A DNA stretch of 60,994 nucleotides, filler included, from Sphacelaria rigidula (taxonomy: Eukaryota), in the NCBI GenBank assembly GCA_964200075.2. It is 10 parts of 10 records of this genome, joined end to end, with 100 filler letters (N's around TTAATTAATTAA, not from the genome) between each part and the next. Parts side by side here need not be neighbours in the genome. Positions count along the whole stretch, not along the records: positions 36,659 to 42,667 come from CAXNAA020022824.1; positions 42,768 to 48,776 come from CAXNAA020022825.1; positions 48,877 to 54,885 come from CAXNAA020022826.1; 7 more parts are not named here. One strand, 5' to 3'. Below the pieces are notes generated by a model. The model was not told the origin of the DNA. It did not search any database and saw only the letters and a list, made by a program, of their open reading frames with translations. Shown piece after piece: positions 38,281 to 51,722 of this stretch (positions are counted from its first letter, which is position 1; every line of letters begins with the position of its first letter). The translations under genes were made by a program, and so were the position numbers.

Positions 38281-39854
38281 ACACGCGCGTTCTGAAGATT
38301 GTTGCTTCTAAATCGGTTCGAAGCAACGGCCCGAAGTACCCCCTGTCCTATCCAAGCATGACTTTGGTCGTTTGTGCTGTCCCGTACCGTCGAATACGCG
38401 ACAGCAGTATCGTCAACACAGCCTCCGGGTACAAACCCGGCACAGTACACAGCGTTGGGCACACAGGCAGTGCGCCTCGGCGCCCGCTAGACATTCACAA
38501 GTCCTGCACCTGTGGGTGTACGGTACAGCACTATCAAGTTGTGACAGTTGAGAGTTGTACTATTACACTACTGTCTGTAGACAGTTTTTTATACATTCTG
38601 CAGCAAGTGTTGTGTACTGTACTACTGTCTGTAGTACAAGTGTGCACATGCCTGTGTGTGTGCGCTTGCAAACTTCGAGAAAGTGAAGTCGCTCTCGATA
38701 AAGGTTCACTACACGCAGTATTCCTAGCTGCGTGGAGGCGAACGGGAGAACAGAGACATCTGTCGAGCTGGCTAAAGATGACGCGGAAGGGCGGAGGTGG
38801 GCCACTCATGCAGCCGCCACCAGGATCTCGACAAAATGGCTACCCAATGGTGATGTACCTGCGCGAGCTAACGCAAGCTTCACGTTGGGCGGCCATTTTG
38901 TCAAGTCCTCGTAGAAGCTGCTTGAGCGGCCGACTCCCGCCCTTTCGCATCATCATAAGCCAGGTTTTCTGGTGTCTCGGCTCCCCCGTTCGCCTCCAAG
39001 TGTTCCTCGTAGTCTTGGGTCACCCTCGCGAACGAGCTGCTACTACCAGCGCTGTCGCGTGCGTTCACGACATCCGCCATCGCCTCACTTTCGATGTTTG
39101 TCCTACGGCTGTGTTCTGTAACCTTGGTCGTTACGAGGCAGGGTGTCTAGTTCCGTTCCCCAACCCTCAGTATGGCACCAACGCTTTGGGGTGTTGAGCA
39201 ACTCAGGGTTTATTTGGAAATTAAAAAATGAAATCCTGGCGTCCATAAGAAATGGAATGACAACACAGCAACACACACACCAGAGTGCAGTCACTACAGT
39301 AATGGGTGTGAGTGAGGGCCCAAACGACCAAAAATGCGCGGGCAGGATATTAAGAATGCGGAGGAATAATGGACACGTCACCACCTGTCACCAGCTGTTC
39401 AGATGTTTGGAGTAAGACACACGCTTCGTCCCCTATTTACTTAGTTCAAGTATACGACAACTGCAGTACTTTCATCGCAGTTTTCTCAGCACAAGAAGCA
39501 AGGTAGCCTGTGACACTTCACAGCACCAGCACACACAAAAAACCTAGCGATTTAAGGGAGAACTTTGCTCAGATCGTCCCAGCGGACCCCAAAAGCCCCA
39601 GCAACAGGAAAAATGGGACTTTTTGGTATATTTTGGTAGCGTGAAGCGTTTGTGGACGCGTGAAGGATATTCGGTGCACACGTTCCTGGTTTGGGTGTTT
39701 GGAGAGCTCACGCAACAAACCACAATGCAGTCCTCCGCTTGGTTGCCGAGATACCCGCGTTGAAAGATTGGCTCTGTTGGGATCGGCGACAAGCCGCGTA
39801 CGTCGAGCTTCGAGATGGGAAATTAAAAAAAGGAAGAAGCGGAACTTCGAAACA

Positions 39855-42570
39855 GAGACGATGTTTTCGAGACCGCCTGTCTGTACTAGAGACACGTAAA
39901 CGATGTCATTATCGCCGGGTTTCATTTCCGAGGACATGTCTTTGCTTGCAACAAGGAATTTGTGACGGCCTCGCATTACCTAGAAAGCCGCCAGTTGCTG
40001 CTTCGTTCTTTGCAACTGTGCACGAAGGGCAAGTTCGCGTTGGAAGAGCGGGTGCTTCATTTCTTTTGAGTTGCAGAGAGCGAAAATCACATATGAAACT
40101 CCGCTGTTTTGTGCCAAATGGTTCCAGCACAAAACCCTTGGCGTCGACAGCGATTTTTCGCTTCGTCGTGATTGCACTGACTTTCACCGGCTGGTGACAG
40201 CAGCGATGATATTTTCGTGACTGACTGCACTGAAAACAAGCGCTGCCATTCTCGCCCTCTCATTTCCGAGCACATGTATTTGCTCGCAGCAAGAACTCTG
40301 GGGTGGCCTTGCGTCACCTTGCACGCCGCCAGCTGCTGCTGTGTTCTCAGTGCCGCCGTGCACAAAGGGCAATTTCGCGTTTGGAGGGCGAGTGCTCTGT
40401 ACACTTTTTCAAGTTGCAGAGGGCGAAATCTCAGACGAAACGTCGGCTGTTTTGTGTCGGGTGGTTCCAGCATACAGTCGAAGGCGTGAATAGCGATTTT
40501 GATTTTTCGTGGAAACACTGGCTGGTCACACTGATGGTTTTCCCCCTGACTGCCTTTAGCTGCTGAACGCAAGACACATCATCCGGGCAAACGGTTCATT
40601 CGTGTTGCTGTGGTGTGTGGCGGCCACAACTGCTGCTATTTGCAATGTTTAGCGCTGGTGTTCTCGAGAGCGGTGAACGTGACTTGGCGGGTAATGCGGC
40701 TTGTGCTTTCCGGTTGCTACAGCAATAAACAACAGCTGCTGTTTTCGCTCTGCACTCGTGCAACAAGAGGAGCACCATCACAGCTTCCACAGATGAACAC
40801 CGACCACTCAAGTGTAGTACTTGAATACTACATTACATATGGGCCGGATCGTTATTTTGAGGTAACGTGCGTACTTGTGATTGATATGACTGGCTCCATC
40901 ACGGATCATTTTTATGGTAGACAGGTGTCCATATCCACTTCCCCGAAATAGAGTACCCGAAATCCGGCCTCATTCACCCCCTTAGCGGTAAAACCTTGGT
41001 GCTGTTATGGGTGGGACTGGGGCCCGATTTTGGGTACTGTATTTCGGGAAAACGGACCACAAACGCTATATGCGTAAGAGGTGGACCGTAATCGGGCGAA
41101 TCATATCAGTAAAAAATACACGCGTCACCTTCAAACAACGACCTGGCTCATATAAGATGTACTATGAACATTGTACATATCTTCAAGCCTGTGAGTGCTC
41201 GGTGTTGAGATGATATTGTTCCTCCGGATAACTCGCTCCAGATCAGTGGGTGGAAGCTCTTGGTGCACTAGTGTTCAGCTGCTGTACTACTCGGGAAGCG
41301 CACGCCCCCGAGCTGCCACCCCATGTTCACCACCATTGCGAATATAACAAGACAAGAAGACGAACAGCAGCACTTGTGGCCGCCACACACCAACGCATCT
41401 GCAGTAAAAGGCGTACCTGACATCGTGCTAGAACGAGAAAGTACGGATATTTGGATACCATGAGCAGCAGCGTTGCGCATGTGGGAAGTACTGATGGTGA
41501 TGTTGATCTTGACGATCAAGAGTTTCACCCTGTGCGGATTGGCTGCGCGCTGCATGTCCTACACATAGCTGTGACTGCGGGATTGGAGAGTGAGTTTTGT
41601 ACGGGCCCCATGGGGTCAGGGTCATGGCATGAGAGGGAGGAATCCCATCTTGTCAGTCGCTTGGGCATGGTCTGGTATACTTTGTCCAGATCAACATCTC
41701 GAACGTCAATTTTCCCCTAATTTCATAATCTCGTGAGGGAAGAAGTTGGACAAACGTGATGAAAAAAGTTGAGAGGCCAGCAGAGACGAGATGGATGGTG
41801 ATATGGGAGTTGGCGAGGTGAAATGGTAAGTCACCGACTGCGCTCCTTCCCGCTTGTATAGTATCCCGTTTTAACAGGAAGTTGGCTGAAGTCGCATAGC
41901 TCACATGTTTGTTGTGGTATGTACAAACAGTCACGTGGAACATCGTTGCTGTGCCGACCCGTTCATACATGGCCAGTGCGTCATCAGAAATAAAAATAGC
42001 TCTACTTGTGGACGACCTTGGGTTCTGTCTCGAAAACGTCTGTCACAAGCCAGCCGTATTTCATCGGTGAGCTCGTCCTCTACAAGTCAGGCGATGAAAG
42101 GCCATTCGCTCATGATATGATGTCCTTTGTGCACATCCCCACAGAACAGAGCAGCACATGGCGGACCGCCACCACAGCAAAAGTCATGACATTGATTGGT
42201 GCCGAAAAATAGAATTTGGTCGAAGATGCAAATTGGTGTAAATCGCATGGTTTACGTATTCTTTTTAGTATGCACAGGCAGTCAGTTGAAACATCGTGGC
42301 TCTGGTGACCTGTTCATACATTGTCAGTGCGTACGAGTCCAAAATAAACATCGCTCGTGGCGTCCTGGTTTCTCCGCTGGAACCCTCAGACACAACAGCC
42401 GAAGGTCATGTGTTACCTCGCCCTCTGCAACTCAATACATGAAGGGTACTCGCTTTGTGCACAGCCATGCAGAACGAAGCAGCACACGGTGGCACGCCAC
42501 AAAGTATAACACCGTCACACATTGCTCGCCGCAAGACAAAAACATGCAGCTCAAAATGAAACTTGTCGAA
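39855..42570. repeat. Large decayed palindrome (foldback-like) centred near 40995, each arm with two ~340-355-bp sub-repeats
   Basis: Inner hairpin 40828-41161; 40600-40810 inverted against 41185-41395; direct sub-repeats at ~39855/40200 and ~41880/42230 are reverse complements of one another (e.g. AGTTGCAGAGGGCGA vs TCGCCCTCTGCAACT). Confidence 0.7.
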
Positions 42571-45048
42571 CGTCGCATAATTCGCATCCCACTCTTATAT
42601 TAGTATATATGAAAAGACAAATACTAAAGGGCAATGGCCTAGAAAAGGTATACCTTCTCGTTTTTTTNNNNNNNNNNNNNNNNNNNNNNNNNNNNNNNNN
42701 NNNNNNNNNNNTTAATTAATTAANNNNNNNNNNNNNNNNNNNNNNNNNNNNNNNNNNNNNNNNNNNNAAACCGACGGGAAGGTCAATTGTTTCGGGTCTC
42801 ACTCTGAATCCGATGTTACACCCTGAATCTCACGAATATAGTGTTGGTTGACACATGCTGCTTGTACTCGTTTTTCTAAACCTCGCGTAAACTCTGCTAG
42901 GCGAAATAAATGAGTGCGGCAACCTTTCACGAATCTGAAACTGCTAGATAAATCTTTCTAGCATCGCTGTGGCCATGGCAATGGGGTGGTCATGGCTGGG
43001 CAGCTGCTGTCTGTCGAAAATTTCACCACCGGCACACTTTTTCTGCCGCGCAGTAGGGCTACTTCCGAGGCACACACAACGTCGCCGCTCAACAGTCGAC
43101 AATAAAAGGAAATGCACCTTACGCAGCCCTGCGCTCAACGAATGCGTGTACAACTGAGAGGTGATTTTGCGTTTCCTTGAAGTGGAAAAAGACTCGGAAG
43201 CGATATTCTCTTCACATATTATTTCTGTTCCTATAACAGTGCGGTGAAAAGTCACGTAGTTTTTTTCACGGCGCAGAGAGCAAAACTTCGGAACCAGAAG
43301 GGGCTCCGCAAATTCATTAACGGGTTGACTCCACTGTTATATATTGTGATAATAATTCAGCCAGCTATTATAGTCGTGATCATAACAACAAGGGACATGA
43401 AGCAAGCGATGATCGATCCTCAAAAATGGGAAAGAGGTTTTCCTATGGAAACGAACTGGGGTAGAAATTGTATGTGATATTATTGATGAACCTATAGTTC
43501 CCGTCAAACATGCCGTCAAGGCAACCTCTGGCGGGTACGGTACTAAGTTGAATACCATACAGTACTCGGGCAGCTAAACTATTTCTTGTTCTTCAGAAGG
43601 GTTTTTTCTCGCGACTACTCTTCGATAGCACTCGAAAGTGATAGCGTCGGTAGATTTTGATAAAACGAATAGATCGTCTCCCCCCCCAGTTCCCAAGCTA
43701 GTGTTCGTTGGTTTTATCGGACGATACGAGTAGATAGCCCGTTCATCATGAGGGTGTGATTGACCGTGAGCCACATTTTTTCTGCTCTAGTGCAATGAGT
43801 AGGTAAAAGTTCAAACGATCGAAGCTGTACATTTCTTCACAACAAATACGATTGGGACAGGCTCGATCGACCGGGAATATCGAAGAGTCAGAATCTGGGC
43901 TGAAACGTGGCAGGACCCCTGATGACTGGTCAGCCCGTAAGTCACTCACTATTAAGTACAGATGATGATGATTTTATTTTTCTTGGAATGTGGAGCGGAT
44001 GCAAGTATCTCCAGATCCCCAATGTGACGAGCGGTTGCAGGCGAAATAGCCTAAAAATATATAGCCAATTACGGAACAATCACAAAAAAATGAGCAGTTC
44101 AATGGCCCAGTACTGCATACATACTTCGTATACAATTTCGACCTATGCCGTTCGTTCCCACAGGAAATCTCGTTCCCATATTTCAGGATCGCCTGCATGG
44201 TTGTACTGACTGACCGAGAGTACTATTATTTCTATTAGTATTGGAGCTAGCTGTGGTTGTCTGGGGTGTACAACATTGGCCATAAACAATGTTTTTGTGA
44301 GACTGAGCATAGAGGACACGAATGAGAGTGGAAAGCGGTCAACTAGTGAATTAATCGTTTCAGTTCCGAAACCCCTCCATCCACGAGGCCCGATATGATT
44401 TCTGTACGAGGTCGGCCAGCAGTAAATCCCGCATTTGCATGCCACACCATTAACCTATCAAGTTTACCAAATCAACCATACTTCAGTATATCGGTGTGAC
44501 CTGCAGATCAACGTGGTAACGCACGGTATCGCCGCTGAATGAAAAAAATGAAAAAAAAATGGACTACATTATTTTATTTATTATCATCTAACCGACGGAA
44601 TAAAAAATGAAGTAAGCCGTCGGGATTCGACCTCGTAACCTCCACAACTGGGGTCAACTTCATCACTTAGATTAAAGAAGAGCAGCCGTGCCACACAAAA
44701 AGTTGGATGCTGCGCCAAATCTCTGGAACTTTTGGCCGAAATTGTACCAGGATCTCTTCCACAAAAGGACGCACAACTACCCTAGGGAAGCCCCCGTATT
44801 TCCTTATTTTCACGGAGTTATAGCATTTTCTAGTTTTTGCAGAAACTTCAAATCGCTTCAACTTTATGCTGTTTGTTTTTCTTAGCATCGCCGAAAAGGT
44901 TGTGCTTACGCGTAGTAGTAGTAGTGATGATAAAAATGTGTCAAAATTTCAGCGCCCAACGCTTCGGATTACCCACCACCCGGCCCGGATACATTCGCAA
45001 ATCAGTGCCAGTTGGCCCAGCTCGTAGTAGCTTGTAGCTTGCCACTGA

Positions 45049-45240
45049 GGCCCTGTCTTCGCACATGAGTTTTCGATCGCAATTGTGCGGTGGAAAGCAA
45101 AAACCCGATCTGATAGGTCATGATTTTAACCATCGTCGTAAATTCTGAAGATGGTTGAAATCATGACCTATCAGATCAGTATTTTTGTTTTCCACCGCAC
45201 TTTTTCGATCGAAAACTCATGTATGTGCTAAGACAGGCCC
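45049..45240. mobile_element. PIF/Harbinger (Tourist)-like hairpin MITE
   Basis: GGCCCTGTCTT...AAGACAGGCCC termini, near-continuous palindrome, flanks TGA / CGA. Confidence 0.7.
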
Positions 45241-45433
45241 CGAGACCCTTGATATCCCTGATTAGGATATCGACGTCTAGCTGTAAGGACACGCTCGTGA
45301 TACAGGCAAAGAAAAGCACACACGGAATGAAATATTGGCTGAGTCAAAGTGCATGACCAAAGCCACTTTCAATCAGCGCTCTCATCTTAATCTCACGAAA
45401 ACGTTGTCGTTTAGACCGACTCTAATGGGAGCG

Positions 45434-45871
45434 GTTCAAAATTCCTGTCTTGAACTGCCTTTTTGGCCCTTCTCCGTCGTTTTACGCCTGAAAAGAGGAC
45501 TGGGCAGATGTTAACGCCTTGGAATGACTTGCTCTTCCCATTGAGGCCGTTCCAGAGCAACTTTATATTTTCCGCTGGCCGCACTTTCATTTTTGGTCAA
45601 ACACGGGTTATAAAAAAAAACGTTCAACCGATCAAGAAACAGGGGGAAATTTTGATCACCTGACCGTTTTTTACTGAAAATCCGTGTTTGGCCTCATTTG
45701 GCCAAAATCAGAATTAATTGCTGCCAGCGGGAGATGCAAAGTTGCCCTAGAACGGTCTCAACGAGTAGAGCAAGTAATTTCAAGGCGTCAACATCGGTCT
45801 AGCCCTCTTTTTGGCGGTAAATCGACGGAGAAGGGCTCACAACAAGGCGGTTTTCGACAGGAGTTTTGAAC
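45434..45871. mobile_element. Old foldback MITE with imperfect ~190-bp arms
   Basis: GTTCAAAATTCCTGTC / GACAGGAGTTTTGAAC, plus internal complementary blocks such as CCCTTCTCCGTCG / CGACGGAGAAGGG. Confidence 0.75.
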
Positions 45872-45961
45872 GTCTTCCATAAAGTTGGCCTTACAACAGG
45901 AAGGAAAACTGGAGAAAAAACATGAAATCGAAAAAAAAAAAAACGAAGAGAAGGAAACAAT

Positions 45962-46208
45962 AATAAGGAGAGGGTGAGCTAAAAGGTAGAAGAAGAGAGA
46001 AGCAAAATAAAACAATAAGGGCAATGGAAATAATACTTGAATCAATCATGAATATTACAGATCAGCGGAAGAAAAGAAAAGAAAACAATAAGGAGAGGGT
46101 GAGCTAAAAGGTAGAAGAAGAGAGAAGCAAAATAAAACAATAAGGGCAATGGAAATAATACTTGAATCAATCATGAATATTACAGATCAGCGGAAGAAAA
46201 GAAAAGAA
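45962..46208. repeat. Essentially perfect 125-bp tandem duplication
   Basis: AATAAGGAGAGGGTGAGCTAAAAGG... starts at both 45962 and 46087. Confidence 0.95.
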
Positions 46209-47507
46209 GAGGAGGATCACACAGAGAGCAGAAACAAGAAGGAAGGGCCTGAAGAAAACACTTCACTGTTGTTCTGTTGATGTGCCTACAGTATGTACAA
46301 CACGGAACAGCGGAGGAAAAGCAGCACAGCAGAGACTCTCAGTCGTGGGTTATATGGATAGTTCCCTGTGCGTGCGCGTTTATGTGTGTGTAATTCTCAG
46401 TTCACTCAAGTTTAGAATGGGGTCATGGCAACTAACTGTTGAGTGCACAGGTCTGTACCGCGAAGGGTCACTGAACGGACTCTGAACGGCCACACTCATG
46501 AACACAATATACATCGGAAGAGGTACCCCAAAACAAAGTGCTGCTTGTTGTACCCACGTAGCATGGGTTGCCAAGGACAACGAACAACTTGGCCTCGGCA
46601 CACGTGCATACATCTGCCGGCGCCAGTCACGCTTGTTGTAGTGTGCTGCAACACCGCATGCTCTTTGCACGGCTAACCGGCTCCAAGCTAGCATAGCGGG
46701 AATACATAACACACTGTACTGTTATACTGTACTGCTGTACTGCTGTACTGTATGTCGTGTCGACTGCGTGATGGAACAAACACGATCAAAAGAGAGGTGC
46801 TGGCTGTACTGTATAATTCCCATACGTACGAAAGAACCAATGAAAACCCGTCACACAAACATATTCGTCGTGTGAGTATTATACGAAGTGAGCCCTCGTG
46901 CTACTTTGACCACCCGGCCTACCCCTAACGAAAGGTAAGCCACGAGGATCCACCCTGGAGAGAGACACAGTACAACAATGCCAAGGAAGTGGTGTGTGTC
47001 ACTGTGCGGTGGCATCAATAAGAAGTTGCACTTCGGGTGACCCAGCAGGTAGGGTGGAAATTCACTCAACGAAAAGTTAGAAACTCCGCACGCAAAGAAA
47101 ACGGCGACTCTTCTTGCCTGCATGTGAAAGGGAAATTAAATGCCCTTACAGTACGATGTCCGTAGTACAGTGTACTGCAGAACCAGCAGCACCGCAGCGC
47201 GCGTCAACAATCCCAGCAGCTGTAGCTGAAGAAGGTCTTGTCACCAAGCTCTTCGTAGGTATCGAACTTTTCTACGTCTGCCGTGTGTCGTGTGAGAGAG
47301 ACCGGCGGAGACGGGGCAACAAAGCGGAGTTAGAATCATTGGTTGGCTTTCGCTCGTGCATGTTTGACGGACATGTTCATTCCCACACAAGGTCTCAAAA
47401 CGATCGGTTCCCGCCGGTCTCATATGTACACATAATAGTGAGCTTGTGTGGCACTGGCGAATTGGAATTTTCAAAAGGTCATGTTGAGGGGAACAGAATA
47501 CACGTTA

Positions 47508-47846
47508 GTGTTGTCGTCCCATCTATTCTGGACGCCGGCCCACGCCTTTCGGTACATAAGGGCGCACCAGCCGGGGTCACACACGAGGAAGGCCAACACA
47601 GGATTTTTTTATTTTTAATTCTCCACCTGCCTTCCTTTGCGATGCTTGCCTCTATTTATTTTTATCGCGAGAGGGGTTCAGCAGTCCCTTTCCCTCGTCG
47701 ACCATCGAGCCGAATTTTTGTGTACCCACGACATAGTCGCTCTCCACTCTTGGGCATTTGTGTGAGAAAAAATCGCTCCGAGATTCGAAAACACGACCCA
47801 ACCGTCGAAGGTTTCGAGGTTACCAACTAGGCCACCGGGGCGACCG
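47508..47846 (-). mobile_element. tRNA-derived SINE, near full length
   Basis: Colinear similarity with 1364-1716 from tail to head. Confidence 0.85.
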
Positions 47847-48369
47847 TTGCACCAATATTATTACTGTAAATGCTTCGACGAGAGCTGCGACACTCCTGCG
47901 CAAGGGAGATGTTCTACACGCCACTACCGAAAAAATGATGCCGCGATACCCCCCCCCTCCCCGTGAAAAGTCGCTGGTTTGAGGGGGCAAAATCTTCCTG
48001 CGCATCAGAATGACACGACAGCTGCTGCTGAGCACACCGAGCAGCTGTGAATCCCTATGCTTGGGGCTGCTATTATTAATAATTGCCGCCAATTTTGCAC
48101 ATATGACGCGCTTTGTGCAGTCTGAAACCGGCCATCATGCGCTGCGTGGTCATTTTTTTCGTGGCAAGTTTGGGGCTGATTTGGAGGGAGGGGCTACTGC
48201 AGCATCCCCACTCGAAAACGGAATATATTTGTTACAAGTACGAAAAAACGAGCGCCGCACGCTGCGCTGACGATTCGACGATTCTGAAACGATTGGGGAC
48301 GCAAGTAGTTGCAAGTTGAACAACAACAACAGTGGATTCTCGAAAATGGGGTTAAAAAAAAATGAGGTC

Positions 48370-48705
48370 CAACTCAAAAGCCGTGCTTTCCCTGATCTAA
48401 ATTCATGACAAATGACTTTCATCTGGACCACCCCATCCCTCCTGACCTGCCTAAAACTATTTCGGGGGATTTCTAGTCTTCCGTTCCCCTAAAGAGTAAG
48501 TGCGAAAACACGATTTTTGGGCCAAAAAACGTCCTTTTTTCACCCCGAAGTCGAGGCAAGAGTGTGCTTTCGCACACATCCTTTGGGGGAACGGAAGGCT
48601 AGAAATCCCCCGAAACCGTTTTAGGGAGATCGGGAGGGACAGGGTGGTCCACATGAAAGTCACCTGTCATGAATTTAGGTAAGGGAAAGCACGGCTTTTG
48701 AGTTG
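48370..48705. mobile_element. Foldback MITE; right arm abuts a copy of the 29454-type element; related end at 30394-30449
   Basis: CAACTCAAAAGCCGTGCTTTCCC / GGGAAAGCACGGCTTTTGAGTTG, with complementarity continuing inward. Confidence 0.85.
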
Positions 48706-49498
48706 AAAACAGTCAATCATCTATGTTGAGGATGGTGCTTTTGATTGAGGATGAGAACCCGGAGGATTAAAATCTTNNNNNNNNNNNNNNNNNNNNNNNN
48801 NNNNNNNNNNNNNNNNNNNNTTAATTAATTAANNNNNNNNNNNNNNNNNNNNNNNNNNNNNNNNNNNNNNNNNNNNGGAGTAGACTGGCGCCCAGAATAA
48901 ATGGGACGACAACACAACAACAACAACACAGACGTTCGATCCGCGCTACTGAAGTCAAGTAATTTCACTTTTCCTGCATAGTGCCGGCTCCCGGTATAGC
49001 ACCGTCATATGACGGGATGGCGGCACACCACACAGTGTCGATATTTGCAGTACTTTCCTGTTTCGAGGTACAGTGTAAATCATCTCGTTGAATACCACCC
49101 CTGCCTGGGTGACAACGTTCGAGGCCCCGAAATTTCAATTTCCTTTTGTGTCATACTGTGTCAAATACGGTAGCCCCTTGGGCGCCAGGCATTATTTCGG
49201 AACAAAATCGATTACTCACCTTTAACGCCGGTAACCCCGACGCTGCAGCTGAACAGAGTCTTTCTGTTAGCCAGTATCACCGCACAATCAATGACAACAT
49301 TTGTCATGTACTTTGGAGTTCCCGAAACGCTGGATCATGGTGTTTGAAGCCAGGAGCATTTGATTTTCATGTTTTTCAGCGGGACGGTTACAACCCATAT
49401 GTACACCTTCAAAAATAGGCGAGAAAATGTACGGGTAGCTAGCTGCTGCACGTCGCGAAGGCATAGCTACGAAGCTGTTCGTGCAGATGTGCTTTCAG

Positions 49499-49891
49499 TA
49501 GAGCTCGGAAATGGTTTGTCTAACCATTAACCAGTTAAATGGCTACGCGTAGCGCAACCATTAACCGGTGTAATGGTACCTAATGGTTTGGTCATCGAGC
49601 GGCGAAGCCGCGAGCCAAAAAGCCCCCCCCCCCCCGGCAAAGGGGGGCCCGCCGGAGGGCCCCGCTAGAGGCGCCGTGCCAGAGACCCGTTTTCACGCGA
49701 TTTGGGCGTCATTAGAAGCTACGAAATACGTTAAATTTGGACCCAATTTTCAAGGGCTGTTTGTGGCATACGTCGCCGGTAACGGTAAGTAATAGTTTGA
49801 AACCATCATCCATTTTTTTCGTAAAACCATTACCATTATCACCATTATAAGGATAATGGCCAGTTATAACTGGTGCCATTTCCGAGCTCTA
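49499..49891. mobile_element. hAT-type non-autonomous element, 393 bp
   Basis: TIR TAGAGCTCGGAAATGG / CCATTTCCGAGCTCTA; 8-bp TSD GCTTTCAG / GCGTTCAG; subterminal ACCATTA/TAATGG motifs. Confidence 0.85.
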
Positions 49892-50174
49892 GCGTTCAGG
49901 TTACACACACAAGCTGGATCCCGGAGGAAAATGACCGGATCAATGTTTTACCGGGCGTTTGCCCCGCACATCTTTGGATTCATGAGCTGAAGTTTCACAC
50001 ACATGTGTGGTATCTATCGTGGCGAACAACCGTGCTGCATAATCTTCTCGTCTTCTTTCCTTGAAGACAGCATTTGACGCCACAATGTCTACTGAAAGGC
50101 TATGCGATATAATTTCCTGAAAGATGGCAGCCATCAAGACACATTCCATCATGTCTGGGAATTGAAGGATGAAT

Positions 50175-50295
50175 TCGAAAGATCATTCACAAATATCGAA
50201 AGATCATTCACAAATATCGAAAGATCATTCACAAATATCGAAAGATCATTCACAAATATCGAAAGATCATTCATAAATATCGAAAGATCATTCAC
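50175..50295. repeat. 21-bp minisatellite TCGAAAGATCATTCACAAATA, ~5.8 copies
   Basis: Seen directly; one substitution among the copies. Confidence 0.95.
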
Positions 50296-50839
50296 TTGCA
50301 AAAATTTAAAACCCCAACGAAGTCCATCTGATATCGGAGGCCGAGTTAATCGGCGCTTGGGCGTATTTTTGTGCTGTTCGTCATTTGCCAAATTCTGGAC
50401 GCTGAAAAAAAAGTCGACCCCAGGAGACAAAAAAACGGTGACGCAGCACCGTGTTGGTACTATGTGTACCAACGTATAGGTGAAGGTTTCAGCTTATGAT
50501 ACGAAAACTGGGCGCTGCAAATATCATTCGAATCGAACGCATAATTTTCGAAATATTTGAGCCCTGCCGCGATAGCCCTTCCCCCTCCTTCCTCCAGAAA
50601 AATGGCTTGTTGGTGGAGGCGAAAATGTACACGTGAACCAAGTGACAAAAGCGGAGCACATCGGGCAGCGGCAAGCTCCCATGCTTAGGGATCGTTTTCG
50701 CCACTGTCGCCCATATGAGGGGCTTCATGAAGTCTCAAACCAGCCATGATGTGTTCTGTGGCCATTATTTTCGTGATGGTTTTGGGGCTGGTTTGGGCGG
50801 GGGCTGTGGCGGCATCCCGCATTCATATATACACATGTA

Positions 50840-51722
50840 TCATTTCACATATTTCACCTCTTTTGCCGAATTTTCTCTGGCGGCAAGGTCTTTTTCCCGA
50901 GACTTCTTTTGCAGCGTACTGAGAAGGTTCAGCGGTACATTACAGGTTTGGGTGTCATCTGATACCTGTGGCGCGTGTTGTGGCCACCGAAAGTCGCTCC
51001 AACTGGCCCTTTTTCGCAGGGTGTCGATCCCGAACCACAAAAGTATTTTCAAGATCATGGAAAACTTGAAACAAGAACCCGAACCACGAAAAAAGCCTGT
51101 TGAAGATCATGGGAATCTTCAAGCAGGTTTACTTTTGGCGGTGTCTTCTTCCCCCGTGTTTCTCTTTGTCGCGTTCTCCTTCATTTGGGAGCTCGAACAC
51201 ACCGGTTATGCTGCCAATGTCACGAGAACCTGAGAGCCAAGCAGTTGAAAACAGTTGAACATTGCCTTGGCCTTAGTCGGCAGCAAACACAAGACCGTGC
51301 AATGGGCCGTTGGCGAGTTGAACACGGCACAGCAGCACGGCAGCACAGGAATGTCTTGCCGCAAAATCAATCACCTTAAGGCCCGGTGATGTGGAAGCCA
51401 CAGTGATGTACGAAGAACATGCCGAGAATGTTCCACGCATTCCAATTTTTCGGGAGTGCCTCCCCTGTCATGTCTTTGTGGCACGAGAGCTACTTCGCAC
51501 TCTGGCACCTCGGAAACACAACACATGTCCAACGCCGGCGGTTCCGCCGTCGGCCTCCGTCCGAATTCCCATATTCCCGAATAGCACCCGATAAGATATG
51601 CTATGTTTTGTACAGCCACGATCACTACTGTACATTGAGAATCAATAGCCTCTCTCGACCATGTATTTTCGACTTGCGTCACCCCCGGGAGGCCCGTACC
51701 AACCTCCCGAAGGGGGAACTTG
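50840..51722 (+). mobile_element. Non-autonomous Helitron-like element (shorter relative of 6981-8605)
   Basis: A|TC start; 3' stem CGGGAGG/CCTCCCG about 13 nt before a CTTG|T end; lies within TA-rich sequence. Confidence 0.55.

Noticed and set aside
50102..50479. ORF with ERSFTNI heptad repeats suggesting a coiled coil
   Set aside because: Explained by a near-identical 21-bp minisatellite that is open on both strands; no other coding evidence.
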